Source of the DNA: Octopus vulgaris
Taxonomy: Eukaryota
Assembly: GCA_951406725.2 (NCBI GenBank)
Contig: OX597817.1
Location: 144,336,001-144,400,000 of the forward strand
Reading direction: 5' to 3'
DNA length: 64,000 bases
The position numbers and the translations under genes are program-made. Below the pieces are notes generated by a model. That model did not search any database, was not told the origin of the DNA, and saw nothing but the letters and a program-made list of their open reading frames with translations. This document shows, piece by piece, positions 25,852 to 39,633 of the stretch; the stretch's first letter is position 1, and each line of letters starts with the position of its first letter.

Positions 25852-26370
25852 TCAGTTATACCTCACTTTACGGCAACCCGTGTTTACGAGTTATATTTTT
25901 CAACCCCAAGATCCAGATTTTGAACGAAGTGCAAAAGCTTCTATTTCCATGCTTTATGGAGTGCGAAAAAATAAATGCTTCTTCTAAGCAAACAACTGTA
26001 GATGTGTTTTTTTCTTAATGAAATCCACAAGTCCGTCTACGAGTGCTTGTGAATCAGCGATCGCGTCTACAAGTGATGGAGTGTACGAGTCTAGTCCGAG
26101 TGAAAGTGATTCAGAAAACGATTATAATAATATTTTTATAAATTATCTTGACATTCTTTTTACTTTACACAACCTATTCTTTACATTCTACTGTTGTTTT
26201 ATTACCATTTATTTACGAGTATTATAAATTTTATAGGTAAAATATTTTTCTGAGAACAAATTACGATTTATAACATTGCCACTCTGGGTAATTATTGCTC
26301 TACTTTACGAGTTTTTGTTTTACGAGCGGTCTCCGGGAACATATTAACTCGTATATCGAGGAATAAATTT
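25852..26370. mobile_element. Tigger/pogo-like MITE, decayed
   Basis: CAGTTATACCTCACTTTACG...CTCGTATATCGAGG ends, with repeated TTTACGAG subterminal motifs. Confidence 0.45.
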
Positions 26371-26382
26371 ATATATATATAG

Positions 26383-26436
<54 letters not shown>

Positions 26437-26464
26437 CACACATATGTATATATATTCATATTAT

Positions 26465-26860
26465 GTAGTGGCTCTATAGTAAGTAGTCCGCTTACCAACC
26501 ACATGGTTCCGGGTTCAGTACCACTGCGTGGCATCTTGGGCAAGTGTCTTCTACTATAGCCTTGGGCTGACCAAAACCTTGTGAGTGGATTTGAAAGACG
26601 GAAACAGAAAGAAGCCCATATATATATATTATATATGTATGTATATGTTTGTATGTCTGTCTTTGTCCCCCAACATCGCTTGACAACCGATGTTGGTGTG
26701 TTTACTTCCCCGCAACTTAGCAGTTCGGCAAAAGGAACCGATAGGATGAACACTAGGCTTACAAAGAATGTCCTGGGTTTCGATATGTTCGACTAAAGGC
26801 GTTGCTCCAGCATGGCTGCAGTCAAATGACTGAAACGAATCAAAGAATAACAGAATAAAG
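26465..26860 (+). mobile_element. CORE-type SINE
   Basis: Head, core and tail as in 573-940. Confidence 0.88.
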
Positions 26861-27066
26861 TGCAATTATAAGGCTGAGAGTCAGAAGGTCAAATTTCCAG
26901 CGATCGAAAAACTAGCGTCCTGAAAGCTTCAAAAATTGAACACAGAATACCAAATATCATAATGTCGGAAGACGAAAACTTTGAATTTCAAAATATTTTA
27001 AGGAAAAGAAGAAGGAAAACGGGTTTACAGTTTTAGAAAAGAATTCATTTGAGAATATGTCGTACT

Positions 27067-27650
27067 AAGGCGGCGAGTTGGCAGACACGTTAGCAAGACA
27101 GGCGAAATGCTTAGCGGTATTTCATCTGCCGTTACGTTCTGAGTTCAAATTCCGCCGAAGAAGACTTTGCCTTTCATCCTTTCGGGGTCGATAAATTAAG
27201 TACCAGTTACGCACTGGGATCGATATAATCGACTTAATTCGTTTGTCTGTCCTTGTTTGTCCTCTCTCTGTGTAGCCCCTTGTGGGTAGTAAAGAAATAG
27301 GTATTTCGTCTGCCGTTACGTTCTGAGTTCAAATTCCGCCGAGGTTGACTTTGCCTTTCCTCCTTTCGGGGTCGATAAATTAAGTACCAGTTACGCATTG
27401 GGGTCGATATAATCGACTTAATCCGTTTGTCTGTTCTTGTTTGTCCTCTCTCTGTGTAGCCCCTTGTGGGTAGTAAAGAAATAGGTATTTCGTCTGCCGT
27501 TACGTTCTGAGTTCAAATTCCGCCGAGGTCGACTTTGCCTTTTATCCTTTCAGGGTCGATAAATTAAGTACCAGTTGCGTACTGGGGATCAATCTAATCG
27601 ACTGGTCCCCTCCCACAAAATTTCGGGCCTTTTGCCTAGAGTAGAAAAGA
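27067..27650 (+). mobile_element. Nin/Deu SINE trimer
   Basis: Junctions AAATAG|GTATTTCG at ~27300 and ~27485; alternative tail on the last unit. Confidence 0.92.
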
Positions 27651-28349
27651 GAATATATCGTAATATATTTTCTTTTTCTTTTTTCTGCCAGGCTAGAATT
27701 ATGATCTTCTGGAAATTCTCCCGCATTTTGAGCCGAAGCCCTGTATCCTTATCACAAAAGTCTCTTTGTGAAGCTTCTTAAGACTATAATGCCATACACT
27801 TGTGCCATTCCACGTTTCTATTCATTTTATTAATGTACACACATAATTACATGTCGTTTATAACGCCACGTTGATTCTGAAAAAGTAGACCAATAATCAC
27901 AGGTACTCCAACTACGACAATCACTTTTCCAGGATTAGTATATTTGGGACAACTCTATATAATGCGTCGTTTTATTAAAGATGGTACAATGTACTTCTAC
28001 GACTTGGCTACTATTTCTAGCAGTTGCGTGACCATGTAAAAACGTTATTTTTTAGACTAAATTTTCCACCCCAAATTTGTATGTTGTTAATGTATGCCGA
28101 GCGTTATAGCACAAGATTTCTAGCGAGCCGTTTTCATAGCGCCGGCTTCGATTCCCGACTGAAGTTATCTTTGCACCTCACTTACACGGCTAATGTTTTT
28201 GGAAAGGCATAAACGTCACGAACACTCAATTTCTTTTCTTCCTGCTTTTGTCGTCGTTGTTGTTGTTGTTTGTTGGTGTTGGGGGTGTCTTTTGTTTTGT
28301 TGATGGTTCTGGGGTTGGTATTTTTGTTGATGTTGTTCGTGGTAGAGAT

Positions 28350-28840
28350 ATCTTCTCCTTCCAGTCAGGACTCACGCCATTGGCCACAAAGAATAATCGC
28401 TAATTCGAGCCTACTCTAAGCTACTGAGAATACGTGTGGCATCTTGAAGATCCACCCACCACACGCGATAGACTGGAGGTTGCACGGGCGCGAAAGCTAC
28501 GTTGTTATCCTTATTCCGTAAACGGTGGCTTTTAACGGGTGGAGAGCTGAACCATCCTGGGGTACAGAGGATTCGCAATCTAGACTAGGGTCTGAAAGTT
28601 TACCACACCATAGTGGGTTACACCATGGTTCCTCTGCTTTGTGGCAGAATTAGGAAGAAAGAGTGAGAGAAAGTTGTGGTGAAAGTGTACAGCGAATTTC
28701 ACCCCCGACCCACCGGTACCTCGTAGAGCTTAGGTGTTTTTGCTCAATAAACACTCGCAATGCCCGGTCTTGGAATCGAAACCTGCGTTCTTACGACCGC
28801 GAGTCCGCTGCCCTAACCACTGGGCCACTGCGCCTCCACT
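28350..28840 (-). mobile_element. tRNA(Arg-like)-headed SINE with a distinct long tail
   Basis: Minus-strand head GGAGGCGCAGTGGCCCAGTGGTTAGGGCAGCGGACTCGCGG; tail extent uncertain. Confidence 0.7.
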
Positions 28841-28904
28841 GGTAGAAATGTTGGTGTGGCTGGCTATTGTTGTTTTCGTTGATATTATTGTTGTTGTTGC
28901 TGTT

Positions 28905-29270
28905 GAGCGAACGGTCTTCATCCCAGAGCTTGCAAGATGGGAGAAGTCCGAAACGTGGTCCTTGGCTATTTGTAAAACCCGCAGAAGAGAAAGCAGGTCG
29001 ACCCCCAACACCGAGAGCATCGACAGATGGATGAATGCGCATCCAGGCTCATCAGTTGCGTAGGAAGTCGAGGACAAGAAACAGGAAGAAAGAGTGAGAG
29101 AAAGTTGGAGCGAAAGAGTACAACAGGGGTCGCCACCACCCCCTGCCGGAGCCTCGTGGAGCTTTAGGTGTTTTCGCTCAATAAACACACACAACGCCCG
29201 GTCTGGGAATCGAAACCGCGATCCTCCGACCACGAGTCCGCTGCCCTAACCACTGGGCCATTGCGCCTCC

Positions 29271-29272
<2 letters not shown>
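28905..29272 (-). mobile_element. tRNA(Arg-like)-headed SINE with (CAA)n-ending tail
   Basis: Same head as 49397; different 3' body. Confidence 0.8.
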
Positions 29273-29304
<32 letters not shown>

Positions 29305-29902
29305 TTCACTATTACTGGTAGCTATTCCGTTATTGTTGGTGGTGTCACTGATGTTCTTGAACCGAAGATCAGTCTTTATATGTCTGACTTATGACAAAAT
29401 ACGTGTCAACCATGATCATCTGATGTTTTCTTTTAAACCTAACACTGCATCGTCCAATCTATTCTTTTCTATCTCTTTCCAAAGATAATAAAACCTAATG
29501 AAGATTTGGCTGTTCGTTCTAGCAGCTCGAACAACCACGTAGAGGCACCTACATCGGCTCGTTCTTTTTCCTTGGACCTGTGAAGGTAGCCATTTGGACA
29601 GAGTATAAATCAATAACGCTCCTTTGCAGACAGCGTCTGACTACTTCTTACATAAAGTCTTATGTACATCATGGCTCTTCACATCCTACTTCATTTCTCA
29701 GCAGGATAAAACATATTGACAGATTTTATTGGAGATGTCAAACAACGTTATTTTACCGCCAGCTTTTACAACTTCAAACATTTTGTTTTTTTCTGTGAAT
29801 AAGAATCTAATTCTAAATTTAATCACAATCAACCGATGTATATCTAGAAAATTTCGATTATTATCAATATAGTAATGAACGTTGTTACTTTTGAAGTTGA
29901 TG

Positions 29903-29944
<42 letters not shown>

Positions 29945-29945
<1 letters not shown>

Positions 29946-30500
29946 GCCGGGCGAAATGCTTAGCGGTATTTCGTCTGCCACTACGTTCTGAGTTCAAATT
30001 CCGCCGAGGTTGATTTTGCCTTTCATCCTTTCGGGGTCGATAAATTAAGTACCAGTTACGCACTGGGGTCGATGGAATCGACTTAATACCTATGTCTGTC
30101 CTTGTTTGTCCTCTCTATGTTTAGCCCCTTGTGGGTAATAAAGAAATAGGTATTTCGTCTGCCTCTACGTTCTGAGTTCAAATTCCGCCGAGGTCGACTT
30201 TGCCTTTCATCGTTTCAGGGTCGATTAAATAAGTACCAGTTACGCACTGGGGTCGATATAATCGACTTAATCCGTCTGTCTGTCCTTGTTTGTCTCCTGT
30301 ATGTTTAGCCCCTTGTGGGTAGTAAAGAAATAGAAATAGGTATTTCGTCTGCCACTACGTTCTGAGTTCAAATTCCGCCGAGGTTGACTTTGCCTTTCAT
30401 CCTTTCGGGGTCGATAAATTAAGTACGAGTTACGACTGGGGTCGATGTAATCGACTTAATCCCCTCCCCTAAGCTACTCTTGTTGCAAAAATTTGAGATT
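29945..30500 (+). mobile_element. Nin/Deu SINE trimer between (TAT)n tracts
   Basis: Three body units. Confidence 0.9.
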
Positions 30501-30518
30501 ATTATTATTATTATTATT

Positions 30519-30631
30519 AGTGAGTGAATGAGAGAGCAGTGTCACCAGGATAAAATATACGAAGCTCACTATGCCCATCATAACTTCTGATAAGTGTACA
30601 CCAGACACAGGCATCACAACCACACATGAGT

Positions 30632-30634
<3 letters not shown>
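30519..30634 (+). mobile_element. Short fragment of the element at 32345-32900
   Basis: TGAATGAGAGAGCAGTG..AAAATATACGAAGC..GCATCACAACC matches the reverse complement of 32790-32900; also abuts (TAT)n. Confidence 0.75.
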
Positions 30635-30700
<66 letters not shown>

Positions 30701-30703
<3 letters not shown>

Positions 30704-30886
30704 GAAAAAACTACAGAAGATTTGTATTGAATGGTTAAAAAATATATTAAAATCGTTACGTTAGGAAAATGTTATAAAAGTTTGTGTTAGTGACATTGTT
30801 TTTGGAGAAATAACCGGTTTCGCATTTTCTTTTCAAATTTCTCAGATTTTGACCATATAATACAAATCTTCTGTAGTTTTTTCATT
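30701..30886. repeat. Small fold-back element with degenerate hammerhead-like core
   Basis: 40-bp arms 30701-30740 and 30847-30886; minus strand CTGAGAA...GCGAAACCGGT. Confidence 0.6.
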
Positions 30887-32270
30887 CTATTTTGTTTTTT
30901 ATACATCCAACCACATGCTTTCACTTACCAACTCTCTCACCCTATATATATAATATATATATATGTGTGTGTGTGTGTGTATGTATGTATATGAAATTTT
31001 GAATTTAGTTCACGGACCCCCAGTACTACCATAGCAGACCCTAGGTTGGGAACCAGTGGTATAGGCAATCAGTTGTATCTCAGCTACATCAAAATCGAAT
31101 CGATATGAAGGAATAACAACGTTGTTTCTTCTCTCCTGTAATTTTTGTTTCAATATGAAACTTAATATTAAATAAAAGTAGAAAGAGAAAAAAAGAGCAA
31201 AGTGGAATGCGAAAGAGGAGGCTATAATTAATTGCTTCTTTTTTTTTGGGGGGGGTTGTTTTTAATTTATATTGCGTGTTATTTTACCTTTTTTATACTG
31301 ATGATTAATTGTGATGACATTTCAAGAATCCTATTCTGGGAAGTAGCATCCGGCAGCTTGATTTCACGATTAATTGGTAGAATCGTCAAAGGTGTCGGAC
31401 AATATCTCACGCCATTGGTTCCAGCTCTCTAAGTTCCGGGTTCAAATTTCGCCGGGTTCAACTTTGACTTTTATTCTTTCGGAATCGATAAAAAAGTTCC
31501 AGTCCCAGGCAAAAGATTTGAGAAGTAATATGAAACAGATCGAAGAAATTGTCCAACTGGATACTGTGCAGTATTTGTTCCGGCTCCATGCGTTCTGTTT
31601 TCAAATCCCACCGAGGTCACCTTGGCTTTGTTCGTTTCAGGGTCAATTAAAATGTACCAACGCAAAGTAATAGATTGAAAGGATTGCCGGAATGGCTGTA
31701 TTGTGGTATTTGTTCCGGCTGTTCACGTTCTGAGTTCAAATCCCAACAAGGCTAACCCATTGCTCCATTTAACACCTCTACCTGCTATAATCGGTGGCTT
31801 AAGGAGACTCCGCGCTCTTGCAAATATTTAGATCAGGTTTCCGATTCGAAGATACCGTCCTTCCTCTTTCTTCTTTCCTCTCCACCAGTATCGAAGACCC
31901 TGGATCATGGACACTACCTTTCCTCTTAAAAGAAAAATGACATTTGGCGGAACACAACCGACTTGGAGAAAAAAAGTATTACAAAGTGGTCTTGAAAGCT
32001 AGAAATTTATCGACTCCGTTGCTTAGGAAGATAAAATTTGTGTGTTCGAATTTACTTTTGGAAAGACGATAAATTTTTAATTTACTGGGCAGCAAATTTA
32101 ATATTACACTTTTCAACCAAAGCGGTATATATCGGTTGTTTTATGCAGACGACATGCCTAGAAGCGAGACTTAACGAGACAAAGTGTCTGGGTCATAATA
32201 TGAATCAATTTGCAACAAATTTAGTTCGTCTATTTGATGGAGGCCGCTTTGTCTACTGTATCGTTATAGA

Positions 32271-32344
<74 letters not shown>

Positions 32345-32349
<5 letters not shown>

Positions 32350-32900
32350 GCCCTAATGCAGTGCCAGGCAGTGGCTCTCGTGGCTTCTGATCTTAATTGA
32401 TTGGAAGTGTTATCATGTACATTGTTTTGTCTTGATATAAAAGATGAACTACAGCAAATATTCTGCTCAATACCACAGATTTGCTTGTCAGTTGTTTGAC
32501 TTTAACCAGTTGAGCATGTCCCTAAGTGGCTGGCGATATGTGCATCTCTGATCACGAGCAGAAGTAGGGGGGGAGCATCATAGCCATGTGTTGAGAGGAA
32601 TTGTTTGGGGTTTGAATAATTCACCTCTGGAAACATGGGTGTTTCATTCAACATCCTTAAACAACCCTTATTCAGGGACCTTTTGAGCAGGATAAGTCAC
32701 CCGACCAGAAGAAAATTATAACTGGACCCCACCTGCAAGGTCATGTGCTGTTTATCTTGATATGAGATCACCATGTTGTGCACATTTGGTTGTGATGCAT
32801 GTGCCTAGTATACCCTTAGACGGGTAGTCACGATGGGTATACTGGGCTTCGTATATTTTACCCCAGTGTCACTTTGATGGCATGCACTACTCTCTCATTC
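32345..32900. mobile_element. Non-coding interspersed repeat inserted in (AAT)n
   Basis: Flanked on both sides by (AAT)n; second partial copy at 30519. Confidence 0.7.
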
Positions 32901-32929
32901 AATAATAATAATAATAATAATAATAATAA

Positions 32930-33155
32930 CTTTATTATTTGGTTTGGCTCAGGTTTAGTCTTATTCCTGGTAGGACTTATGTGGGCAGCGTATACTATCT
33001 GTAACCTTGGGTATCCATAAATTTTCTGTAGTCTTTCAAGTGTTTAGAACCTTCCCGATAATTTTTGCTGTCCTTAAGTCAAACTTTCTGAAGGAACTCA
33101 ACCAAGCATTCTATTCCAATCTCCTTCAGCCATTTCTCTATATCTTTGCTTACTA
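32930..33155 (-). mobile_element. R4/Dong-like LINE extreme 3' fragment
   Basis: Minus strand SKDIEKWLKEIGIECLVEFLQK..GTAKIIGKVLNT*, 3' UTR ending AATAATAA. Confidence 0.65.
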
Positions 33156-33535
33156 AGGCGGCGATCTGGCAGAAACGTTAGCACGCCGGCAAATGCTTAG
33201 CGGTATTTCGTCTGCCGCTACGTTCTGAGTTCAAATTCCGCCGAGGTCGACTTCGCCTTTCATCCTTTCGGGGTCGATTAAATAAGTACCAATTACGCAC
33301 TGGGGTCGATATAATCGACTTAATCCGTTTTTCTGTCCTTGTTTGTCCTCTCTGTGTTTAGCCCCTTGTGGGTAGTAAAGAAATAGGTATTTCTTCCGGC
33401 TTGACGTTCTGAGTTCAAATTCTGCCGAGGTCGACTTTATCCTTCATTTTTTCGGGGCGATAAAATAAGTACCAATCAAGCACTGGGGTCAATATAATCG
33501 ACTAGCCCCTCAAACAAAAATTCAGGCCCTGTGCC

Positions 33536-33537
<2 letters not shown>
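33155..33537 (+). mobile_element. Nin/Deu SINE dimer
   Basis: Head plus two units. Confidence 0.88.
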
Positions 33538-33591
<54 letters not shown>

Positions 33592-33592
<1 letters not shown>

Positions 33593-33959
33593 CTCCGCCT
33601 TAGCGAAGGCAGAAGTATTGTTTCAGTCGTGTTTATTTTGTTAGTTTTATCTGTGGATATGATATCTCAAAATCCGTTGGATGGATTCAGATGAAACTTT
33701 CAGGGATGTTTGGCCCCGTGACTGGCACGAACTGATTAGGTTTTGAGATCGATCCGGTACCGGACAAGGATTCTGGATTATTTTTACTGTTTTTTTTTTT
33801 TTCACTTAATTTTTGAGAGCGGTCAGGTTCATTTTTAGTATTCTCGTTTGTGAGAACAGTCGAGTTTATTTCAGATATTCTCATTTTAAAAGGCATCTCC
33901 GGTTAATCCCTGAGAGGACATTGGTGTCGCCTTGGCGGAGGTTTGCGCTCTCTGAGTGC

Positions 33960-33960
<1 letters not shown>
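33592..33960 (+). mobile_element. Non-autonomous Helentron (DINE/HINE-like)
   Basis: 5' CTCCGCC with 3' subterminal inverted CCTTGGCGGAGG and terminal GCGCTCTCTGAGTGC hairpin; sits within (TAT)n. Confidence 0.7.
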
Positions 33961-34020
<60 letters not shown>

Positions 34021-34649
34021 CAGTCATATATGAATATTATTATGCATTCATATATGAATATTGTTATACACTCATATATAAATGGATGTTATTTTAATGA
34101 AACGAAAATGAAGTGTCAGCTTTTCTATGGCTAAAAGCTTTCTTAGCAAAACGTTCATTTGATATTTAAGATCGTTGGCGGATAAAAACGACGGAAATAT
34201 GATATCTGCATTAATTAAAATATATATTTCATTAAAAAAATATCAAATAAAGAATTGTGAAAACACTCTATTAAGATCTGTACTGAAAGATGGCGGAGGC
34301 GGAGAAACAAGTTGTCAAGTATTGTATTGTACTGCATTGTTTTCGAACGGAAATAATACAAAGGAATATTGAAACACAAATGAAAATAGAATGAAAAATG
34401 TAATTATCTTAACTAAAATTTTAATGATTTTATAGCTGAAAGCAATTGTTGTTCTTCAGCCATAGCGTAGTCCCAGGGGCGTAGAATGGGTTGCTAGCGT
34501 CTGAAAGAAGGCAAATGTTGTGGGAAGAGCTTGTTATTTTATTGTTATTGGTATTAGTAATGCGACGGAGGTGGCGATCTGGCAGATCGATTGTCGCCCC
34601 TCCCCACAAAAATCCAGGCCTTGTGCCGATAGTAGAAATGATATTCGTA

Positions 34650-35270
34650 AGGCGGCGAGCTGGCAGAAACGTTAGCACGTCGGGCGAAATGCTTAGCGGT
34701 ATTTCGTCTGCCGCTACGTTCTGAGTTCAAATTCCGCCGAGGTCGACTTTGCCTTTCATCCCTTCGGGGTCGATAAATTAAGTACCAATTACGCACTGGG
34801 TATATAATCGACTTAATCCGTTTGTCTGTCCTTGTTTGTCCTCTCTGTGTTTAGCCCCTTGTGGGTAGTAAAGAAATAGTTATTTCGTTTGCCGTTACGT
34901 TCTGAGTTCAAATTCCGCCGAGGTCGACTTTGCCTTTCCTCCTTTCGGGGTCGATAAATTAAGTACCAGCTACGCACTGGGTTCAATGTAATCGATTTAA
35001 ACCCTTTGTCTGTCCTTGTTTGTCCCCTCTATGTTTAGCCCCTTGTAGGCAATAAAGAAATAAGAATCGTTAGGCAAAATGCTAAGTGGCATATCGTCCG
35101 TTTTAACGTCCCGAGTTCAAAACCCGCTGAGGTCGACTTTGCCTTTCATCCAATCGGGATCAATAAAATAAGTACCCGTCGAACACTAGTGGGTGGGTAG
35201 GGGTGTTCAACGTAATTGACTTAACTCCTCCCCCGAATTTGCAGGCCTTGTGCCAAAATTTGAAATCAGT
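34650..35270 (+). mobile_element. Nin/Deu SINE trimer
   Basis: Three units; the third is more diverged and carries the alternative tail. Confidence 0.88.
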
Positions 35271-35796
35271 ATTAGTAAGGCGGCGTAAGGTGGTACAAGG
35301 CGGCGAGCTGGCAGAATCGTTAGCACGCTGGGCAAAATGCTAAGTAGCATATCGTGCACCCTTACGTTCTGAGTTCAAATTCCACCGTGGTGAAACGTTT
35401 GCTTCCAAACCACATAGTTCTGGGTTTGCTTCCCAATCACAAGGCTTTGGTCGGCTCGAGGTTACAGCAGAAAACACGTGGCCAAGGTGCCATGCAGTGG
35501 GACTGAACCCAGAGCCATGTGGTTGGGAAGCAAACTTTTCACCACATAGGTACACAAAATAAAGCGTCGAACTATTTTCTATGAATTTCATGAATTCTTA
35601 GCTTCGTTTAAAATAATTTTGGAGACGATTGGAAGAGTTAAAGAGTTTGGTGCATATTGTAGGACAACATCGAAGATTACAAGCTATCAACGATATTTGG
35701 AAATTGAAAAACTACAGAAAAAGAAAATGGTTCTGGCCGTTCAAAGAAACAACTTGTTCTGTTCTTAAGACATTGAATTTGTTTATTCTCAACCAT

Positions 35797-35933
35797 TCTC
35801 TCTCTCCTCTCTCTCTCTCTCCTCTCCCTCTCTCCTCTCTCTTCTCCCTCTCTCCTCTCTCCTCTCCCTCTCTCCTCTCTCCTCTCCCTCTCTCCTCTCT
35901 CTCCTCTCTCCTCTCCCTCTCTCCTCTCTCTCC
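35797..35933. repeat. Pure polypyrimidine (CT-rich) compound repeat
   Basis: CTCTCTC/CTCTCCC units. Confidence 0.95.
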
Positions 35934-36074
35934 ATCTGACTGGCTGTCTGTCTATCTTGCTAGCTAGCTTTCTTACGTTCTTTTGATTCTGCATGTGTGT
36001 ATATATGTATGAACGTGTATACACGCTTCTGTGCGCACATGAGAATATGTATGCATATATGCATATATAAACAC

Positions 36075-36120
<46 letters not shown>

Positions 36121-36165
36121 CTGTATTCTTTCTTTATCTCCCTTTCTCTCTATATATATACATCC

Positions 36166-36227
<62 letters not shown>

Positions 36228-36261
36228 CTTTCTCTCTTGCTCGCGTTCTCTCTCTCTCTAA

Positions 36262-36318
<57 letters not shown>

Positions 36319-36755
36319 CAGACGCACAGACACACACACATATACACACATGTATACAAATACTTATGGATATACACACACATTATGACTAAATATGTGT
36401 ATATGAAGATGTTTGCATGTATGTAAGGAAATATGTGAGGAGATCAAGAAACATATGAGTGCGCGTGTTCGTATGTGTGTAGCATGCGTGTGCATATAAG
36501 AAGGAAAGTGTGTGAGTCAGTGTTTGTCATGTGGCATCAATCTACCATATTCTTGGTTAAATAGCTAAAAAAGAATTCTAGTAATTTCTATGACGTTAGT
36601 TTAACAGCGGCGAATGAGTAAATTTAGTCACTTTACATGTTGCCTACAGAGATGATGGTGGTGGTGGTGGTGATGGTGGCGGCGGTGGTGATGATGGTGA
36701 TGGTGACAGCAATGACGACTACGATGATGATCAGGAAAACGGTTATTAAGGTATT

Positions 36756-36990
36756 AAGGCGGCGAGCTGGTAGAATCGTTAGCACGCCGGGCGAAATGCT
36801 TAGCGGTATTTCGTCTACCGCTACGTCCTGGGTTCAAATTCCGCCGAGGTCAACTTAGCCTTTCATCCTCTCGGGGTCGATAAATTAAGTACCAGTTGCG
36901 CATTGGGGTCGATATAATCGACTTAATCCGTTTGTCTGTCCTTGTTTGTCCCCTCTGTGTTTAGCCCCTTGTGGGTAATAAAGAAATAGG
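36756..36990 (+). mobile_element. Nin/Deu SINE with 15-bp TSD
   Basis: GGTTATTAAGGTATT at 36741-36755 and 36989-37003. Confidence 0.92.
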
Positions 36991-37334
36991 TTATTAAGGT
37001 ATTGAATAACAATAAAGTCCCACGAATTTACTACTGTAAATAAATTGCATGTAAGATACCCGTAAGCAGTCATTTAACCTGTTAAAAAACAGTCGATTTT
37101 CAAATTTTGGCACAAGGCCAGCAATTTTGGGGAGCGGGTAAAGTTAGTTAAATCGACCCGCAGTGCTCCACTGGTGCTTATTTGATCGACCCTGAAAGGA
37201 TTAAAGGCAAAGTCGGCCTAAGCGAAAATTTGAACTCAGAACGCTAAGACGGATAAAATGCCACTAAGCACTTTATCCGGTGTGCTCACGATTCTGCCAG
37301 CTCGCCGTCTTCACCTTGCATTGAATGTTACAGT

Positions 37335-38150
37335 CATTTGGGGGCTGGTCCATACCCTGTGCTTCTTAACTTGTTTGATCGAATTCAGAAACAAGCTGTT
37401 AACATGGTGGGTCCTCTTTTTTCTACTAGTTTGGAGTCTTTGGCTTGTCATTAAAATACATTATCCATTTCTCTGACGAACTTTCTTGCCCCGTACCCTC
37501 AAGACCTTTTTAATGTATCGTCCATTTCTCTGACGAACCTTCTGGTCTCGTACCCTTAAGACCTTTTAACATGTGTCATCCATTTCTCTGATAAACCTTC
37601 TGGCCTCGTTCCCTCAAGAGATTTTAAATGTATCATCCATTTCTCTAACAAACCTTCTGGCAGCGTACTCTCAATAGCTTTTGGCATGTATCATCCATTT
37701 CTCTGACGAACCTTCTGGCCTCGTACCCTCAATATCTTTTGACATATATCATCCATTTCTCTGACGAACCTTCTGGTCTCGTACCCTCAATATCTTTTGA
37801 CATGTATCGTCCATTTCTCTAACAAACCTTCTGGCCTCGTACCCTCAATAGCTTTTGGCATGTATCATCCATTTCTCTGACGAACCTTCTGGCCTCGTAC
37901 CCTCAATATCTTTTGACATGTATCGTCCATTTCTCTAACAAACCTTCTGGCCTCGTACCCTCAATAGCTTTTGGCATGTATCATCCATTTCTCTGATGAA
38001 CCTTCTGGCCTCGTACACTCAAGACCTTTTAACATATATCATCCATTTCTCGTAGCCTCAATGCCTTTTAACAGGTCATCGTCTTCTCTTCTCCCGGGCG
38101 TCATTTCTGTTGAGCTTCCTGCAGCAAAATTCTTCTCTCACACTCATTCT
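37335..38150 (+). mobile_element. Decayed CR1-like ORF2 C-terminal remnant hosting a minisatellite
   Basis: GAGP...LNLFDRIQKQAVNMVGP..SLESLA..HFSDELS.PVP. Confidence 0.5.
37464..38051 (+). repeat. ~58-bp minisatellite, 10 units plus a partial unit
   Basis: TCCATTTCTC starts at 37464, 37521, 37579, 37636, 37694, 37752, 37810, 37868, 37926, 37984, 38042. Confidence 0.95.
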
Positions 38151-38771
38151 TTTCATTATAGAATAGAACAATACATTACGAAATATAGTCCTAAGTCTAG
38201 CCTACCTAAGACGACGACAACTGACCATGGGCTAAACAACAATAGCACCAACACTAACAATCTGTAAGAAATATTCCACTGAATTTAGATCAAAAAGAAA
38301 ACCTAATAAGAAAATGCTGCGTTAATAGCTCTGTTCATGTAAGCCACACTCACATAAAGCAATGTTTACGTATAATTTATGCATATGTATTCATGTTTAT
38401 GGCATTTACGGGTGGGAAATTATAGGGTTGAAGTAGTATGTGGGGTTCTTTTAGATGTAGCGGGATTCCAGACGTGAATTTAACCTGTGTGCCTTAAGTA
38501 GCGGATTTACGCGCCTATTCACACGTATACACGAGCGCGCACATACATACATACATACATACATGCATGCATACATACATGCATGCATACACACATGCAT
38601 GCATACACATATGCATGCATACATGCATGCATACATAGACACACATGCACACATACATACATACATGAATACATACATACATACATACATACAAACAGAC
38701 ATACATACATACATTCATACAAACATACATACATGCATACATACCTACATATATATACATATATACATATA

Positions 38772-39130
38772 CTCTTTTACTTGTTTCAGTATTTTGAGTG
38801 CGGCCATGCTGAAGCATCAACTTTAGTCGAACAATTCGACCCCAGGACTTATTCTTTGTAAGCCTAGTACTTATTCTATCTTGTCTCTTTTGCCGAACTG
38901 CTAAGTTATGGGGACGCAAACACACTAACATCGGTTGTCGATCGATGGTAGGGGGACAAACACATATATACGAACACACACACACACACAAATGTCTACC
39001 AAATCCACACACAAGGCTTTGGTCGGTCCAAAGCTATAGTAGAAGACACTTGCCCAAGGTACCACGCAGTGGGACTGAACCCGGAACCACGTGGTTGGGT
39101 AGTAAGCTTCTTACCACACAGCCACTCCTG
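38772..39130 (-). mobile_element. CORE-type SINE
   Basis: Reverse complement of head, core and tail. Confidence 0.85.
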
Positions 39131-39159
39131 CAACTAAAAATTATTTGACCCCGACGCGA

Positions 39160-39590
<431 letters not shown>

Positions 39591-39633
39591 GCTGAAATAC
39601 TGAAATATGTTGAAATATATATGAAAATTATAT

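Noticed and set aside
37464-38051. CRISPR-like array
   Set aside because: Units are contiguous with no unique spacers; no cas genes; eukaryotic context
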